This document shows, one piece after another, positions 11,501 through 23,489 of a stretch of DNA of 64,000 nucleotides. Numbering within the stretch: position 1 is the stretch's first letter; the number at the start of each line of letters is the position of its first letter. The notes beneath the pieces are model-generated. The model was not told where the DNA came from, searched no databases, and was given only the letters and a program-made list of their open reading frames with translations. A program made the position numbers and the translations under genes. The stretch covers positions 100,564,001-100,628,000 of the forward strand of contig OZ286467.1 in the NCBI GenBank assembly GCA_965644265.1, in the 5' to 3' direction. Source of the DNA: Glycera tridactyla (lineage: Eukaryota).

Positions 11501-11704
11501 ACGGGTAGTGCTGCAGCTGCCATTTGCCACCTCTGTCATGCTCCCACGTTGCGTAAACACATGCAGCGCCATCTACGAACTGTCCATCTGAAAGAGAAAC
11601 GCTTTCAGTGTAGTATATGTAAGAAACGATTCGGCCAGAAGGGTGATTGTAAACGCCACTTGGTCAACATCCATGGATTAGAGGGTACTGTAGAACAGCT
11701 TTGA
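11501..11704 (+). CDS. ZF terminal exon 13
   Basis: tgttgcag|ACG; ICHLCHAPTLRKHMQRHLRTVHLKEKRFQCSICKKRFGQKGDCKRHLVNIH. Confidence 0.88.
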   Translation, partial: TGSAAAAICHLCHAPTLRKHMQRHLRTVHLKEKRFQCSICKKRFGQKGDCKRHLVNIHGLEGTVEQL

Positions 11705-11864
11705 TCAAGAAATCGATGATAGTCATAAATTGGTATTCGCAGATATGAAACCCATTTGGTGAAGACTTTGGCATGATTTTTTATGGGACATGTCGGAATC
11801 TCGGTACATGTGCTCGCTTTTTGTTTGGACTGGTTTGACAATCCCAGATTTGTTTTTGTTGTAG

Positions 11865-12038
11865 GGAAATACGACCCTGTGTCCAATCTGTCACACCGCT
11901 ACCAGCCACTTGAAGCGTCACATTCGTACAGTGCATTATAGGGAGAAAAGATTCCAGTGCACCATCTGTTACAAAAGATTTGGGCAGAATAGTGACCTCA
12001 AACGCCATGTTGGTTTTGTTCACCGAGACAGGAGTTGA
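11865..12038 (+). CDS. ZF terminal exon 14 (not in ORF track)
   Basis: tgttgtag|GGA; GNTTLCPICHTATSHLKRHIRTVHYREKRFQCTICYKRFGQNSDLKRHVGFVHRDRS*. Confidence 0.88.
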   Translation, partial: GNTTLCPICHTATSHLKRHIRTVHYREKRFQCTICYKRFGQNSDLKRHVGFVHRDRS

Positions 12039-12408
12039 ATCTCACGATGATGTGCAGTTGGACTGTGATCAGATGTGATTGTTTTGGCGATCCACAGAAT
12101 TCCATGTTTTTGATCACAAATGCAGCAACCAGTGCGTAAGACAGAAACAAACATTTTATGCTGATTATTTTGCATTTTACATCATGAGAATTGGATCCGT
12201 ATTAGTGATTCTCTGGTTTACTTGAGTGGTTGAACTTCAATTGAAACATCAATCAGAAATCTGGCATCTGTGGTCAAATTGGAACATGCACTGTATTCCT
12301 GAATAATCAGGATCTATGTGGTCTGATAAAGCAATATGTTGACTGGCTGAATGATAGCCGAATAGGGTTGTGGCTGACTGACCGGTTCTGTGCATCCGTG
12401 TGTTGTAG

Positions 12409-12612
12409 GGGCGTCCAACTGTTCCATGCAGGATCTGCAAAGCTCCCATAAATCCATCAAACCTCAGTCGACACATTCGCACAGTTCACCTGCGTGAAAG
12501 ACGCTTTGGATGTCCCTTCTGCCATTTTCGTTTTGGTCAAAAGAGCACCATGCAAGCTCATATCATAACGATACACCAGAACAGCTTGAAAGGCAATATA
12601 GCGGGAAATTAA
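12409..12612 (+). CDS. ZF terminal exon 15 (not in ORF track)
   Basis: tgttgtag|GGG; PCRICKAPINPSNLSRHIRTVHLRERRFGCPFCHFRFGQKSTMQAHIITIH. Confidence 0.88.
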   Translation, partial: GRPTVPCRICKAPINPSNLSRHIRTVHLRERRFGCPFCHFRFGQKSTMQAHIITIHQNSLKGNIAGN

Positions 12613-13225
12613 ATTATGCTGGCATGTCATTGTTCCATGAATCAGCGGATTTCTGTGATTTCAACCACAAATGCAGCAAGCCATGCTGTCAACAGAAGAG
12701 AGCATTTTATGCTCAACATTTTGGATTTTAGATCATGAAAATTGGACCAGAATTAGTGAAGATAGGGCACATGATTTGTATGGGGTGGGGAAAAGTGCCT
12801 CGGTTTTAAGTATTAAGCCAATTTTACCCCTACTGCCCAAGATATAGAGAGCGTTTGCGCGGGAAAGTCCCCGAACATCGTTTTGTTTTTGTTCCTCATT
12901 ATTCAAGAATGATCCACACGACAAGCTGACAATGATCATAGCAACAATAAACAAGGATGGTTTGCTCGATAAAGCAAGTCGATTTAAGTACCAATTAAGG
13001 TGATTTTTGCCCTAGCATATCACTGGGAGTAGCTTGTAGTACAGCAATGATTTGGCTAGAAGACTTGATCTTTCAGAATCCCGGCGCATGACTGCCAAAA
13101 AGTAAATATGTACTAACTAGTGCAGTTTAGTGCCGACTAGCATGTAAGCATGATGATTTCTGTAATTGAAATCCAGAAAACTTGACCAATTATTGAGGAA
13201 CTCTTCTCCTTTCTGTGTGTTGCAG

Positions 13226-13636
13226 GGAGCTGCGCCACTTTGCCCCATATGTCTCGTACCAAAAGATCGAACTAACATGCGGCGCCACATCCGTACTGTC
13301 CATTTCGGAGAGCGACGGTTTACGTGTCCTGTGTGTTTGAAAAAATTCAGTTTTAATGCAAATATGCAGCGTCATGTTGCTGCAAAACACCCCGAACATA
13401 ATGCTCAAGAGAAACGGTCCGAGCAGGAGCAGTTTCCTTCACACATGGCTGAACATGGGCCACAAGCTCCGTTCGGTGCACCGGAACCGGTTCTGGAGCA
13501 CACTGGGCCACCATATGGTGGTGCCGAACAGGCACATGCGGGCGGTGCAGAATCGCCCCTGTCCGGACAACGTGCGGAGCAGCAGCAACCGCCATATCCA
13601 GTTCAGTTATTCAGTCCGACACATCCATCTGACTGA
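13226..13636 (+). CDS. ZF terminal exon 16 (long P/Q/E tail)
   Basis: tgttgcag|GGA; LCPICLVPKDRTNMRRHIRTVHFGERRFTCPVCLKKFSFNANMQRHVAAKH. Confidence 0.88.
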   Translation, partial: GAAPLCPICLVPKDRTNMRRHIRTVHFGERRFTCPVCLKKFSFNANMQRHVAAKHPEHNAQEKRSEQEQFPSHMAEHGPQAPFGAPEPVLEHTGPPYGGAEQAHAGGAESPLSGQRAEQQQPPYPVQLFSPTHPSD

Positions 13637-14178
13637 GCCGCAAATAGGTCTAGTGTGTAGTGAACATTTATACGCATTAGTCGATTTATATTCGGTGCCG
13701 ATACTGCCCGTTTCTGAACCAACTGATACAGGACTGCATTCGCATATACCTCTCATGAGTGGTTGGATATCAATGCTTGATCCAAAAATTCAGTATTTCA
13801 TGACTCTGAGAAATTAGATTAGTGTTTTGTCTCAGCGAGATTGTGAGATTGAGGTCAATATGTTGTCAATTGGTCTCAAATTATCAGCCATACCTCGAGT
13901 TGGTTTGGCTCTGAATGGGAATTTGAAAGGAAATCTCCAGAAAGGATCAGGGCCTTATACCCTTGATGATTAAACTTGCATATGTTGACTTGATTGTTTT
14001 CTGTTGTTTCTTGCTGTTCAAACTGGTATATGTTGTAATAAACATTTTGACAGTAATAACGATAGATGTTGGTGTTTTGTGAATTGGTCATTCATAAATT
14101 CGCGAGTGAGTTGATGGTTCATTTGCGGAGTGACTTCAGTCATCCTCTCTCACTTCCTTGCTTTCTCATCTGTTGCAG

Positions 14179-14364
14179 ATCTCTTCAAATTCGGTTAAAT
14201 GCCCTTTATGCTCTAGATACATTAACAGTGGGAAGTTGAAACGGCACATACAGACAATACACTTCAAGGAGCAACCTTTTGCTTGTCCCGTGTGTGGGAA
14301 GAAATTCAGTCAGAGAAATAACATGCAGCGCCATGTGGCGACAGTTCATGGCATGATTACTTGA
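14179..14364 (+). CDS. ZF terminal exon 17
   Basis: tgttgcag|ATC; KCPLCSRYINSGKLKRHIQTIHFKEQPFACPVCGKKFSQRNNMQRHVATVH. Confidence 0.88.
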   Translation: MSSNSVKCPLCSRYINSGKLKRHIQTIHFKEQPFACPVCGKKFSQRNNMQRHVATVHGMIT

Positions 14365-14412
14365 GGCAACAAGATAAACAGAATTGCGGGGTTAGATTTA
14401 TAGACTTGGAAG

Positions 14413-14574
14413 TATAGTCGAACCTGTCTATTAAGACCGCCTTCGGTCGCATCAAAAAGCAGTCTTTATGGGCAGGTGGTCTTTATAGAGGTCATTTACT
14501 GTTGAAAATACTACCACAGTTGCAGCTCAGGTGGTCTTTATAGAGAGGTGGTCTTTAGAGCAGGTTCGACTGTA
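14413..14574. mobile_element. MITE family A (Tc1/mariner-like, TA target)
   Basis: Inverted termini (C/T)AGTCGAACCTG / CAGGTTCGACTG flanked by TA; internal GGTGGTCTT repeats. Confidence 0.75.
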
Positions 14575-14749
14575 TTACGGAAAATCTGTGCCTCACTCTC
14601 ACTTCCTGCATGCTACTTCTACTGTCTGATGAGATTATTTCGATGATGCTGCATGCGAGTGCATGCGAGTACTAAGAACCGTGACATCGTCACGGTTCAA
14701 CAGCGCCATATCCCAAGTCCCTGAATGAATTCCGTTTCTTGTGTTCCAG

Positions 14750-14938
14750 GGACAGACCGCGCCATGTCCAATCTGTCAATTGCCGATCACTCGAAACCAT
14801 TTGCAGCGACACGTCCGTATGGTACATCTCGGCAAGAGAAATCATGCATGCCCAGTTTGTGACAAAAAGTTTGGCCAGAAATACAATATGGAGAGACACA
14901 TAGCTCAAGTACATCAGAGATACCGGCCCATATCATGA
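14750..14938 (+). CDS. ZF terminal exon 18
   Basis: tgttccag|GGA; PCPICQLPITRNHLQRHVRMVHLGKRNHACPVCDKKFGQKYNMERHIAQVH. Confidence 0.88.
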   Translation, partial: GQTAPCPICQLPITRNHLQRHVRMVHLGKRNHACPVCDKKFGQKYNMERHIAQVHQRYRPIS

Positions 14939-16163
14939 CCCAGTGGATGAGGCAGTGGCTCATAGGCGGATATAGTAGTAGTAGCAGAAGTACGTAAATT
15001 AGTTCAGTGATGTATTTTCAACAAAATAGTGATGCATCCCAGGGACCCCAACTGAATGTTTGGAGTGGGTCCCGTGATGCATCGTGTGGGTATTGAGATG
15101 GATAAGACAGTGCCAGAAATGATACTCATGTCAGATGGCCATTTCATTCACAAACACTTGTTCATAAATTAATGTTTGTCATTATGTATTTCGGTTTCAT
15201 CATCTCAACTCACAGGAATTAATGGAAATGTCATTTTCCTCTTGCATCCCAGGGACTCATCAGTGACTTTGCTAATGAGTCCTTTTTCATTTAAAGTGCA
15301 TGAAATAAGCAGGATGCGCCCGAAAATGCATCACTGTAGTTGTTGGCATTTTTCCTCACTGATAATCTTCAGTGCCTCCAATTGAATGCATATAAATCGT
15401 GATGTTTTTTTTTTTTTTTTTTATAAATCGTGATGTTCACTTGTGACAGTCTTTTCACTATGCCGGCAGTACATCACGCAGAATACTTGAGAAGGCAAGG
15501 CTCTTCACTAGGGATTTCTCGACTTGATACAGGCAGGCAAAAAAATATTTAGGACAGGTTGAAATTGTCCAGGGGACAATTGAAGGGAAATGTTGATGCC
15601 GAGCCCTGGAAGGTGATGGAACCAATGATCCAATGTTCAGTGTGAATTACTCTCGACAAAATATGGACTTCGGTGTTTTGATTCAGTGATCAATTGCATC
15701 TCTGGATGGAATTTACTTACTTTGACACATATTCAGGCGCGACATTTTTGCCTTGGTACTTGCTGATGGGCATCTTCCATATGATGATGGCAATTTTCTC
15801 CAAAAATTGGAATTTCTGAAAATGGGTGAAGAATCATGATTTAGAAATTGCCGCCCTAGTTGGAAGTTTCAGAAATAATACTTTTGAGAATATGTGGGGG
15901 TAGTATAACAGTGATGTCGAGTCTTCCAGGAAAAATTCGGAATTCCAAAAATTAGGTGAAAAGTTTCAATTCAGAAATTGCAAGTTTTAGACTTGATGCC
16001 TTTGGGAATGTGTGAGGGGAGTATAAGGAAATCTTACTAACTCTAAAGTTGGCTTCAACTCAATGGCATCACTGTTATGAGAAAATCCAACTTGGGAAAA
16101 AAAACCACTAACTATCTGAAAACGTAGCCTTATCTCATCGGCATCATTGTCTGTATGTTCCAG

Positions 16164-16388
16164 GGTGCCACGGCCACGTGTCCCTATTGCTCCATGCCCA
16201 TCAGCCGGTCAAAGTTGATGCGTCACATACGCACTATACATTTCAGAGAGAAGAAATATCCTTGCCCTACATGTGGACAGAAATTCAGTCTGAAGCACAA
16301 TATGCAGCGCCACTGTATCACATTACACGGCCAGGTCCCAACCCCAGCTGCGCCATCTGGTGTTGACGATACATCTCAGTTCCTGTAG
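16164..16388 (+). CDS. ZF terminal exon 19
   Basis: tgttccag|GGT; TCPYCSMPISRSKLMRHIRTIHFREKKYPCPTCGQKFSLKHNMQRHCITLH. Confidence 0.88.
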   Translation, partial: GATATCPYCSMPISRSKLMRHIRTIHFREKKYPCPTCGQKFSLKHNMQRHCITLHGQVPTPAAPSGVDDTSQFL

Positions 16389-16695
16389 CAACATGAAAAT
16401 GTGAACCGTAAGGTGTGAGTGCACTTACAGGCACAGATATAAGATAGCTCGCAGGCTGTTGCTGAAGTACGAATTTATGTCAGTACTTCCCATTGGTGGA
16501 TTTTGGTCGTGAAGATGAATTCATGGCATGAGTTCATTGCGAAAATACGAGGTCCATTTGTGAAGTGTGTTGTGACCAGAATAAATCTCAGTTTGAATGT
16601 GGGATGGCTTGGGGTGGGGTAGCTGTTGTGAAACCAATGATACTGGCATATCAGTACAGCAAAAACAGTCACCTTTATCTGTTGGTATGTTTCAG

Positions 16696-16947
16696 ACTGT
16701 ACTCTTCTGTCCGATATGCCAATCACAGATCCTAGGTCCACGTTCAAAGTTAAACCGGCATATTCGTACGAAGCACTATGGTGAGCGCAATCACGAGTGC
16801 CCGGCATGCCACAAGAGATTCGCTCACAAACACCATATGCAGCGCCATTTTGTGGCGTTCCACCAGGGCATCGTGGACGATGGATCTGTGGCCCAATCTA
16901 ACTCTGACCCTGCGTTGGATGATAGCGTTAGATATACCGCCTTGTAA
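16696..16947 (+). CDS. ZF terminal exon 20
   Basis: tgtttcag|ACT; FCPICQSQILGPRSKLNRHIRTKHYGERNHECPACHKRFAHKHHMQRHFVAFH. Confidence 0.88.
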   Translation, partial: TVLFCPICQSQILGPRSKLNRHIRTKHYGERNHECPACHKRFAHKHHMQRHFVAFHQGIVDDGSVAQSNSDPALDDSVRYTAL

Positions 16948-17294
16948 AAAGTGACATCTATAGGGGGCTAGGGGCGATGACACATTGATGTCCATTGGGG
17001 TGCCATTTTGCCGTTTGCAAGTGCAAAAATCCACCCCACGTAGGGAGTTGATTAAGAGAGGTTCCTGAGAGACTGTGATGCTTCATTCAATGTACCAGGG
17101 TCATAATTTCTAGATAGTTTGCAACTTTTCATTTGCATGCCATTCTTCATAGTTGCCTTTTCCGTTTGTTTTCGCTGTCCTACATGTTCGCCCTCGTTCT
17201 ACGTTTTGTGAGGTATAGAGCCCTCTGAATGAACAGCATTAATGACAATCCACAATGGTGATAGTGACAGGCATATATTTTTGTAATGTTTCAG

Positions 17295-17582
17295 GGTCCC
17301 GTTGCACCCTGTCCGATCTGCCACTCTTTTGTCTCTCGATCAACGCTGAAGCGTCATATTCGGACTAAACACCTCGGCGAGCGAAATCACCAGTGCACTG
17401 TTTGTGGCAAGCGATTTGGCCACAAGCACCACTTGCAGCGTCATCTGATTTTTGTGCATCCGGCGGAGGATATAATCCCCGTTTCCACGCAGGATCCCGG
17501 TCCTGATGATGTCGCAGGTGTCGGAAATGAGATCGCTAGTCGGTCGCAAATTTCCCCGTCGGACATGAATTATCCTGAATAG
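17295..17582 (+). CDS. ZF terminal exon 21
   Basis: tgtttcag|GGT; PCPICHSFVSRSTLKRHIRTKHLGERNHQCTVCGKRFGHKHHLQRHLIFVH. Confidence 0.88.
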   Translation, partial: GPVAPCPICHSFVSRSTLKRHIRTKHLGERNHQCTVCGKRFGHKHHLQRHLIFVHPAEDIIPVSTQDPGPDDVAGVGNEIASRSQISPSDMNYPE

Positions 17583-18143
17583 AACGTCCTGGGAACGTCA
17601 GTGTGGGTCCCAAGTCGGATTCCGGTTCCAGCGCCGGAGAATGAGCACTGGCCTGTAATTTATTTGGTTGCTTCTGTCCCTGCTTCTTTGAGATTCGCAA
17701 AATTTTTATCTGATCAGTTCTGTTCAATGCACAAGCATTTAGTAACTAGCAGGGTGACTGGAGAGATTTCACTGTGCACTTCATTTCATCGCACATTCCA
17801 GGTGGTGGCTTAATAGTAATGTACCCTGATGGTGAGCTTTGATGTTGGTAGTCTGATTGCATGCCCCTCCTCCTTGTGATTTGATATGAAAGAGCCCAGT
17901 GTTCTGTGGCATGCCCCTCCTTGTAGAGTACTGTTTGGGTCTACTTGGAGCTTCGGTATACTTGGAGCTTCGGTATACTTGGAACGTAGACTTTCTGGAC
18001 AGTTATGTTGTATTAGGTTGATTGAAAATATGAAACTAACTCTGCCTCTAAATACAACACAAGATACGTAGCCAAGTTTCGTCTGATAAAACCATAGTTT
18101 GGAACAACCCTGAAGCTGACGTGCCACCCTCTGTATGTTGTAG

Positions 18144-18359
18144 GACAGTCAAAAGGATATCTGCGCTTTCTGCAATGTGCCTATACATCGTCATAATTTA
18201 ATGCGCCACATTCGTACAGTCCACCTGCATGAGAAAAATTTCATATGCAAAGATTGCAATAGAGGATTCAGTATGAAGCATCATCTTCAACGGCACATAC
18301 TCCGTGTTCATGTATTGAAGGACAGCGGCGGTGTTAACGAAAAAGTGCCGTACGTCTGA
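18144..18359 (+). CDS. ZF terminal exon 22
   Basis: tgttgtag|GAC; ICAFCNVPIHRHNLMRHIRTVHLHEKNFICKDCNRGFSMKHHLQRHILRVH. Confidence 0.88.
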   Translation, partial: DSQKDICAFCNVPIHRHNLMRHIRTVHLHEKNFICKDCNRGFSMKHHLQRHILRVHVLKDSGGVNEKVPYV

Positions 18360-18679
18360 CATGTCAGAGGAGACCTCTCAATTGTCAGACATCATGAAAT
18401 CATGTTCACAAAATGGATGGTCCAAATGTCTGACTTCAATAGGTCATTGTCTGACCAATGTCTGACAGATTGCTGAAAGAGGCTCGGGACTTTTCATAAA
18501 TGCTCTGGTAAAAAATCGATTATCTTAAGGCAGTGCCTATATCACAGGTCTTGGAAACAGAATTTCTGGAATTAATCCGCTCATTGTGGAACCTGTTTCT
18601 TTTCAAAAGAAAAGATTCCCAATTCGAAACCTTGGTTTTACCATTTAGGTTTATGCCGTATACTCTTTCTGTGTTTCAG

Positions 18680-18880
18680 AAGAGTGATTCACAGGTGGCG
18701 TGTCGAATGTGCAATGTATGGGTACATCGAACCAACCTTAGTAGACACATACTGCTCAAACATCGCAAGGAGAAGCGATTCCCCTGCTCTGTATGTGGCA
18801 AACGTTTTGGACAGGGTTGTGATCTCAGGCGGCATATGATGATCCATATCAAGAATGACCGGTCAATATCCAAATATTAG
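18680..18880 (+). CDS. ZF terminal exon 23
   Basis: tgtttcag|AAG; ACRMCNVWVHRTNLSRHILLKHRKEKRFPCSVCGKRFGQGCDLRRHMMIH. Confidence 0.88.
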   Translation, partial: KSDSQVACRMCNVWVHRTNLSRHILLKHRKEKRFPCSVCGKRFGQGCDLRRHMMIHIKNDRSISKY

Positions 18881-20452
18881 CTGTATTATCCTTCCATTCC
18901 AGAATTCTTTTCTTCCAAATCATCAGACTTGCTTACTGATCACTGGTGCTGATTTTCCGAAAAGAAATTGGATGAGAAGTAATCTGAGAAATTGCTAGAA
19001 TCAGGTTGGGAGTTTCAGAACAAATACCTTTGATATGTGGAGGTAGTTTCAGTAAATGTTTCCATATTTCTGAAAATTCAGCTTCATCCCATTGACATCA
19101 CTGACTGATGAAGTTTCAGATGACCCAACAAACCTACAGATGATACGTCTAGATTTGTGAAATGTTAGGCCTCTACCAATGATACGTGAAGAGATTGAGG
19201 TGGCAGAGAGATCAGGGATGATAGAGCTTCAGACTTGATGACTGCATCCTGAGGTTGGATCAAAATGGACAATTGATTGATGCTTCAGTTCGCGTTTCTA
19301 TCGGCCTTTTGTGATCATAATGGTATAGACATGATTGCAAGATGTGTTGGGAGAATTTGAAGGGCTGAGACTGATGAGTGCCCCATTGCCTCACTAGATG
19401 ACAAAGTGATGGTCTTGTTAGATGATAATTTGGATGAGAAAAATGTAATCGCGCTGAATTTTATTGGCCAGCCCATATAGAGTGTCTCTAGTTGAAAGAC
19501 GATGCACGAATAGTGATGTTGGATTTGGATGAGTATTTGCAGACTGGATGGACAATAACTCTCATATCGAGAACAACAGTAAAGTTTCGATGATTCAATA
19601 GGGCAATTGTTGGAAAATCAATGTGAGAATCACGGAGATTGATATTCTCACTGCACTTGAGTCGACCAGGCTCCTTTTATCGTGGAACGGTGTGCATGAC
19701 TGTTTTCAATGTGTGTGATTGTAATGATGATAAATAAAGATAGAAATGTTTACATCTTGTCTTATTTTGGCAACCTATTGAGTTCAGGTTCTCTGAGGCC
19801 ACTTGATATAGATAATATCACTAGGGTTATTCGGTCAGTTGTAGGTGAATGATAGTAATTTGAACGCGAAGCCCCCACATTTCAGGGACTTTCTTGCCCG
19901 GGAATATGTATGGGTCTTTCAGGCGCATTGATGCAGATTTCATGTGTCATTTCGAGTTCGTGTGTGCCTCAAACCATGTGATCATATCAAAAAGTATGGA
20001 AAATTCCATGTGCCTTCTGGGCACAAGGTATATGGTTTGATGTGCCCTCTCACAACTTTATGTGCCATTTGCCACAGGGCACAGCGTAAAATTATCCCTG
20101 ACATTTGAAATGGATAGGTTGCATATTTTATCACATAGATTTGACATTTTCAGTGAAGTATCAGGTGTCGAGTATTGCGTGTGATACTTCACAGCTGGAT
20201 GAGAACTACTTTTTCGAGAATTTCTCCCCCAATCCATGTGATAAAAGCAAGAATACATAGCCGTGAGTTAAAATAACAAATACAAACTCGGTTGGAATTT
20301 CGCTTGATTTCACTTTGCCTTCAGCTTCATGACATCCTGCAGAATTCACACCTTGTTTTTAGCTCACAGCCTTATATTCTTGCCAAGTTTTGGCGCTATT
20401 AGGAGACGAAGTGAAGGCTAATCTGAAGCCAACATTATCTTCTCTGTTGTAG

Positions 20453-20881
20453 ACCTTGCCGTGTCAGTTCTGTAAGGCGATCATTGTTCGGGCCAATATG
20501 AGCAGACATATCCGCACGGTCCATCTGAAAGAAAAACGCTTCCAGTGTGAGATATGCGGTAAATGGTTCGGCCAGAAAGCCAACATGAGGCGCCATATTG
20601 TCATGATCCATTGTAATGAAGCGGTCCGCGGCGGCGGCTCAACGCCGCGGCGTGTTCGCGGAAGTCCAGCAGAAGGTTCAGCCCCTGTGTCTGAAGACGA
20701 TCACCCGCAGTCAGCTGAACATTCTGAACTTTTGCAGGGTGGGGTGTTTCAGCAGTCGATGGCATTGCTGGAATCAGTGCAGGCGGTGCGACGGCCGGTT
20801 GTTGAGCTTCTGGATTCCATGTCACCTGCAGAGGATGCAGAGCCGCAGTATGATGCAGTAGATGAACATTCAAGTGATTAA
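20453..20881 (+). CDS. ZF terminal exon 24 (long tail)
   Basis: tgttgtag|ACC; PCQFCKAIIVRANMSRHIRTVHLKEKRFQCEICGKWFGQKANMRRHIVMIH. Confidence 0.88.
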   Translation, partial: TLPCQFCKAIIVRANMSRHIRTVHLKEKRFQCEICGKWFGQKANMRRHIVMIHCNEAVRGGGSTPRRVRGSPAEGSAPVSEDDHPQSAEHSELLQGGVFQQSMALLESVQAVRRPVVELLDSMSPAEDAEPQYDAVDEHSSD

Positions 20882-21264
20882 CCTTAAACCCTCTAGTATA
20901 AACAGCCATCCGACATTGGGTGACAGGGTTGGACGTCCATTTTCGGTCCAATGTATTTATGAAAGTCAATGCTCGCTGTTGAGTGAGCTATTACGTTCAG
21001 CCGACATAGAAGTCCATGGGAGTCTCCCTCCCACTGCTTGCTAACTGCGATGTCTGCAAAGTCCCGAGTGCATGAACTAAGTAATGTTGGTTTAGAAAAA
21101 TAAAATCGTGGGAATTTGAATATTGGATGAAAAATTGGATATGAGATGTTGCTGCAATCCAAGTGGAAGTTGTGTATAAACCTTCGAGTAAGGGTGATGT
21201 TTATGCAAAATAAAATTATTTCTGAAATTTTGCATCATCTCATCGGTATGCTTTGCTGTTTCAG

Positions 21265-21462
21265 GTGTTACCTGGACAGACTGCACAGTGCCCTATCTGT
21301 CATACACATATGTATCCATCCAATCTGAAAAGACACATACGAACTGTGCATTTCAAAGAGAAACGTTACATTTGCCCTGTTTGTGGCCAGCGTTTCGGTG
21401 AAAATGTCACCCTTAAGAGACATTACGTAGCTAGACATCCGCCTCAGGCTGGAAGTCAGTGA
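21265..21462 (+). CDS. ZF terminal exon 25
   Basis: tgtttcag|GTG; QCPICHTHMYPSNLKRHIRTVHFKEKRYICPVCGQRFGENVTLKRHYVARH. Confidence 0.88.
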   Translation: MLPGQTAQCPICHTHMYPSNLKRHIRTVHFKEKRYICPVCGQRFGENVTLKRHYVARHPPQAGSQ

Positions 21463-22004
21463 TTTGGAAGTGATCTGTTGGTACATTGAAACGAGAGACC
21501 ACCCTGAATGTCCGTAAAAAGTGGTCTCGAAGTAGGTTGTCTCGTCAGAGGTATGGGAATGCTGCCCCGAGAAAATGGTCTCCCGTCTAGTTACCGGCTT
21601 CACTGTATCATCTATCACGGTCGCAGCTCAGGGTGGTCTTTTTAGGCAGGTGGTCTCTAGAACAGGTTAGACTGTACACATCAGTGCCGGACAAATCCGA
21701 CGCATGTACCTCTGCATTTACCCCCATTTTCAGGTACACCGAATGAAAAGTATCGGTTGATTTGCATGAGCACGTGTAGATTCTAGTCTAATGGTGACTG
21801 AGCAGTGATTGTGAATGCTAGAGAATATTGATATCTGCCAGCCCATATCGAAAACAACTGATGGATTCTACCAGACATTTAGGCTGGCATCTTCCACTGG
21901 CCCTCCAGAAATATTGCCTGCATTTGACTGGTGGGCTGATAATAGTCTCTTTCCTCAACGAGCAGAACATGGAGCTCACAGATTGTTCTGTTTTGCTGTT
22001 TCAG

Positions 22005-22199
22005 ACCCTCCCTGGGCAGTCTACGAAGTGTTCAATCTGTCTCGCGCCCATGTACCCAACAAATCTCAAACGCCATATACGTACTGTGCATTTCAAAGAA
22101 AGGCGCTTCAGCTGCCCAATTTGTGGGAAAAAATTTGGTGAAAAGGGAAATTTGAAAAAACACATGTTGTCTATTCATTCTGCTAATTTCGAAAGCTGA
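22005..22199 (+). CDS. ZF terminal exon 26
   Basis: tgtttcag|ACC; KCSICLAPMYPTNLKRHIRTVHFKERRFSCPICGKKFGEKGNLKKHMLSIH. Confidence 0.88.
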   Translation, partial: TLPGQSTKCSICLAPMYPTNLKRHIRTVHFKERRFSCPICGKKFGEKGNLKKHMLSIHSANFES

Positions 22200-22791
22200 C
22201 TTATTCCATGAATTGGTGGGTTGTGTGTACATGCTCAGGATTACATTACTCGCATCAATTTGAGTCACATTCGATCAGAGAATCTGGCTCAATAACGGGA
22301 GTTATCTGCTGTAAAATGCTAATTTCGAAAGTGGACTTAATCCATGAATTAGGGGATCTTTAACCCTTTACTGCATAGAACGCCACTCTTGGCCCCAATT
22401 TCAAACGCAGTCGGCACAGACTGAAACAGCTTAGATATCACTGCATACGCGGATCTTCACGAATATTGGGCGCATAACACGATGCCTACACATGTTTTAC
22501 TGAAACGTGCCTAGAATACGCATATGCTGGCCCGATTTCTCATGCACATGGCGTCAAATCCCGCTCATGCTGGTGGCGCCTTTCACTCGAGAGATGCGCA
22601 CAGAAATATGCGCCTATGCAGTAAAGGGTCAGGATTATGTTTGTTGAATCAATTGAGTCACATTCGATCAGTATATGCCACGAGAATCTGGCAGAATGAC
22701 GGAGTAAAAGAGTAAGAGTTTCCTGCTGTAAAATGCAATCAGGAGCCATCCGCTTCCGTTTCTCTACATATAGTTCTCTTTGGTGTTTCAG

Positions 22792-22992
22792 GTCATGGGT
22801 AAAACGGCGACATGCCACATTTGTGGCGCCCGTATGTACCCAACCAATCTCAAGAGACATGTGGTCACTGTCCATTACAAGCAAAAGAAGTTTGTGTGTC
22901 CGGTGTGTGGTAAAAGCTTCGGGCAGAAGGCGAACATGAAGACACACATCCGTTTTGTACACACAGATGCAGTCATGAACCTCCCCGATTGA
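22792..22992 (+). CDS. ZF terminal exon 27
   Basis: tgtttcag|GTC; TCHICGARMYPTNLKRHVVTVHYKQKKFVCPVCGKSFGQKANMKTHIRFVH. Confidence 0.88.
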   Translation, partial: VMGKTATCHICGARMYPTNLKRHVVTVHYKQKKFVCPVCGKSFGQKANMKTHIRFVHTDAVMNLPD

Positions 22993-23285
22993 AATAACTT
23001 TTCCTGCGTCATATCATGGAAGTTGAACGGGGATTTTTTCCGGGAGTGGGGATACTGTAGGCAATCGATCTGTACGTGATTTCGTTGGCGCTTCAGATAT
23101 CTGTGAAGCAAATGCTGATGCTGTTATAACAAGGAGTCCAAATTGCATTTACTGGCGACTGATAATTGCACTTTCATCAAACCTAGTATTTATGCCTTCC
23201 CTGACTCTAGCTTTCGAGATAGTTGACTATCAAATCACATGGCTTAACGAAGATCTTCAAAGTTGATCTTTTTCTGCTGTTTCAG

Positions 23286-23489
23286 ACCACTAGTGGAAAA
23301 AGGGTTGTGTGTCCCAAATGTCAGGTAGTGCTGCCTGCATCAGAGGCCGCTCATCATTTTCGGTCCGTGCATCAAATGAAGATTTTCACATGTCCAATTT
23401 GCGGCAAAACGTGCAACAGAAGGTACAACCTGAAGGTTCACATGTACGGTCGTCATCCCCAGCATGAACTTACCAAACTTATTCAATGA
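23286..23489 (+). CDS. ZF terminal exon 28 (divergent, short linker)
   Basis: tgtttcag|ACC; VCPKCQVVLPASEAAHHFRSVHQMKIFTCPICGKTCNRRYNLKVHMYGRH. Confidence 0.82.
   Translation, partial: TTSGKRVVCPKCQVVLPASEAAHHFRSVHQMKIFTCPICGKTCNRRYNLKVHMYGRHPQHELTKLIQ

Noticed and set aside
19881-19980. ttcag|GGA CTT TCT TGC CCG GGA ATA TGT as a possible degenerate cassette
   Set aside because: No His pair or second finger follows, and the segment belongs to a repeat with an inverted copy at about 23660-23790.
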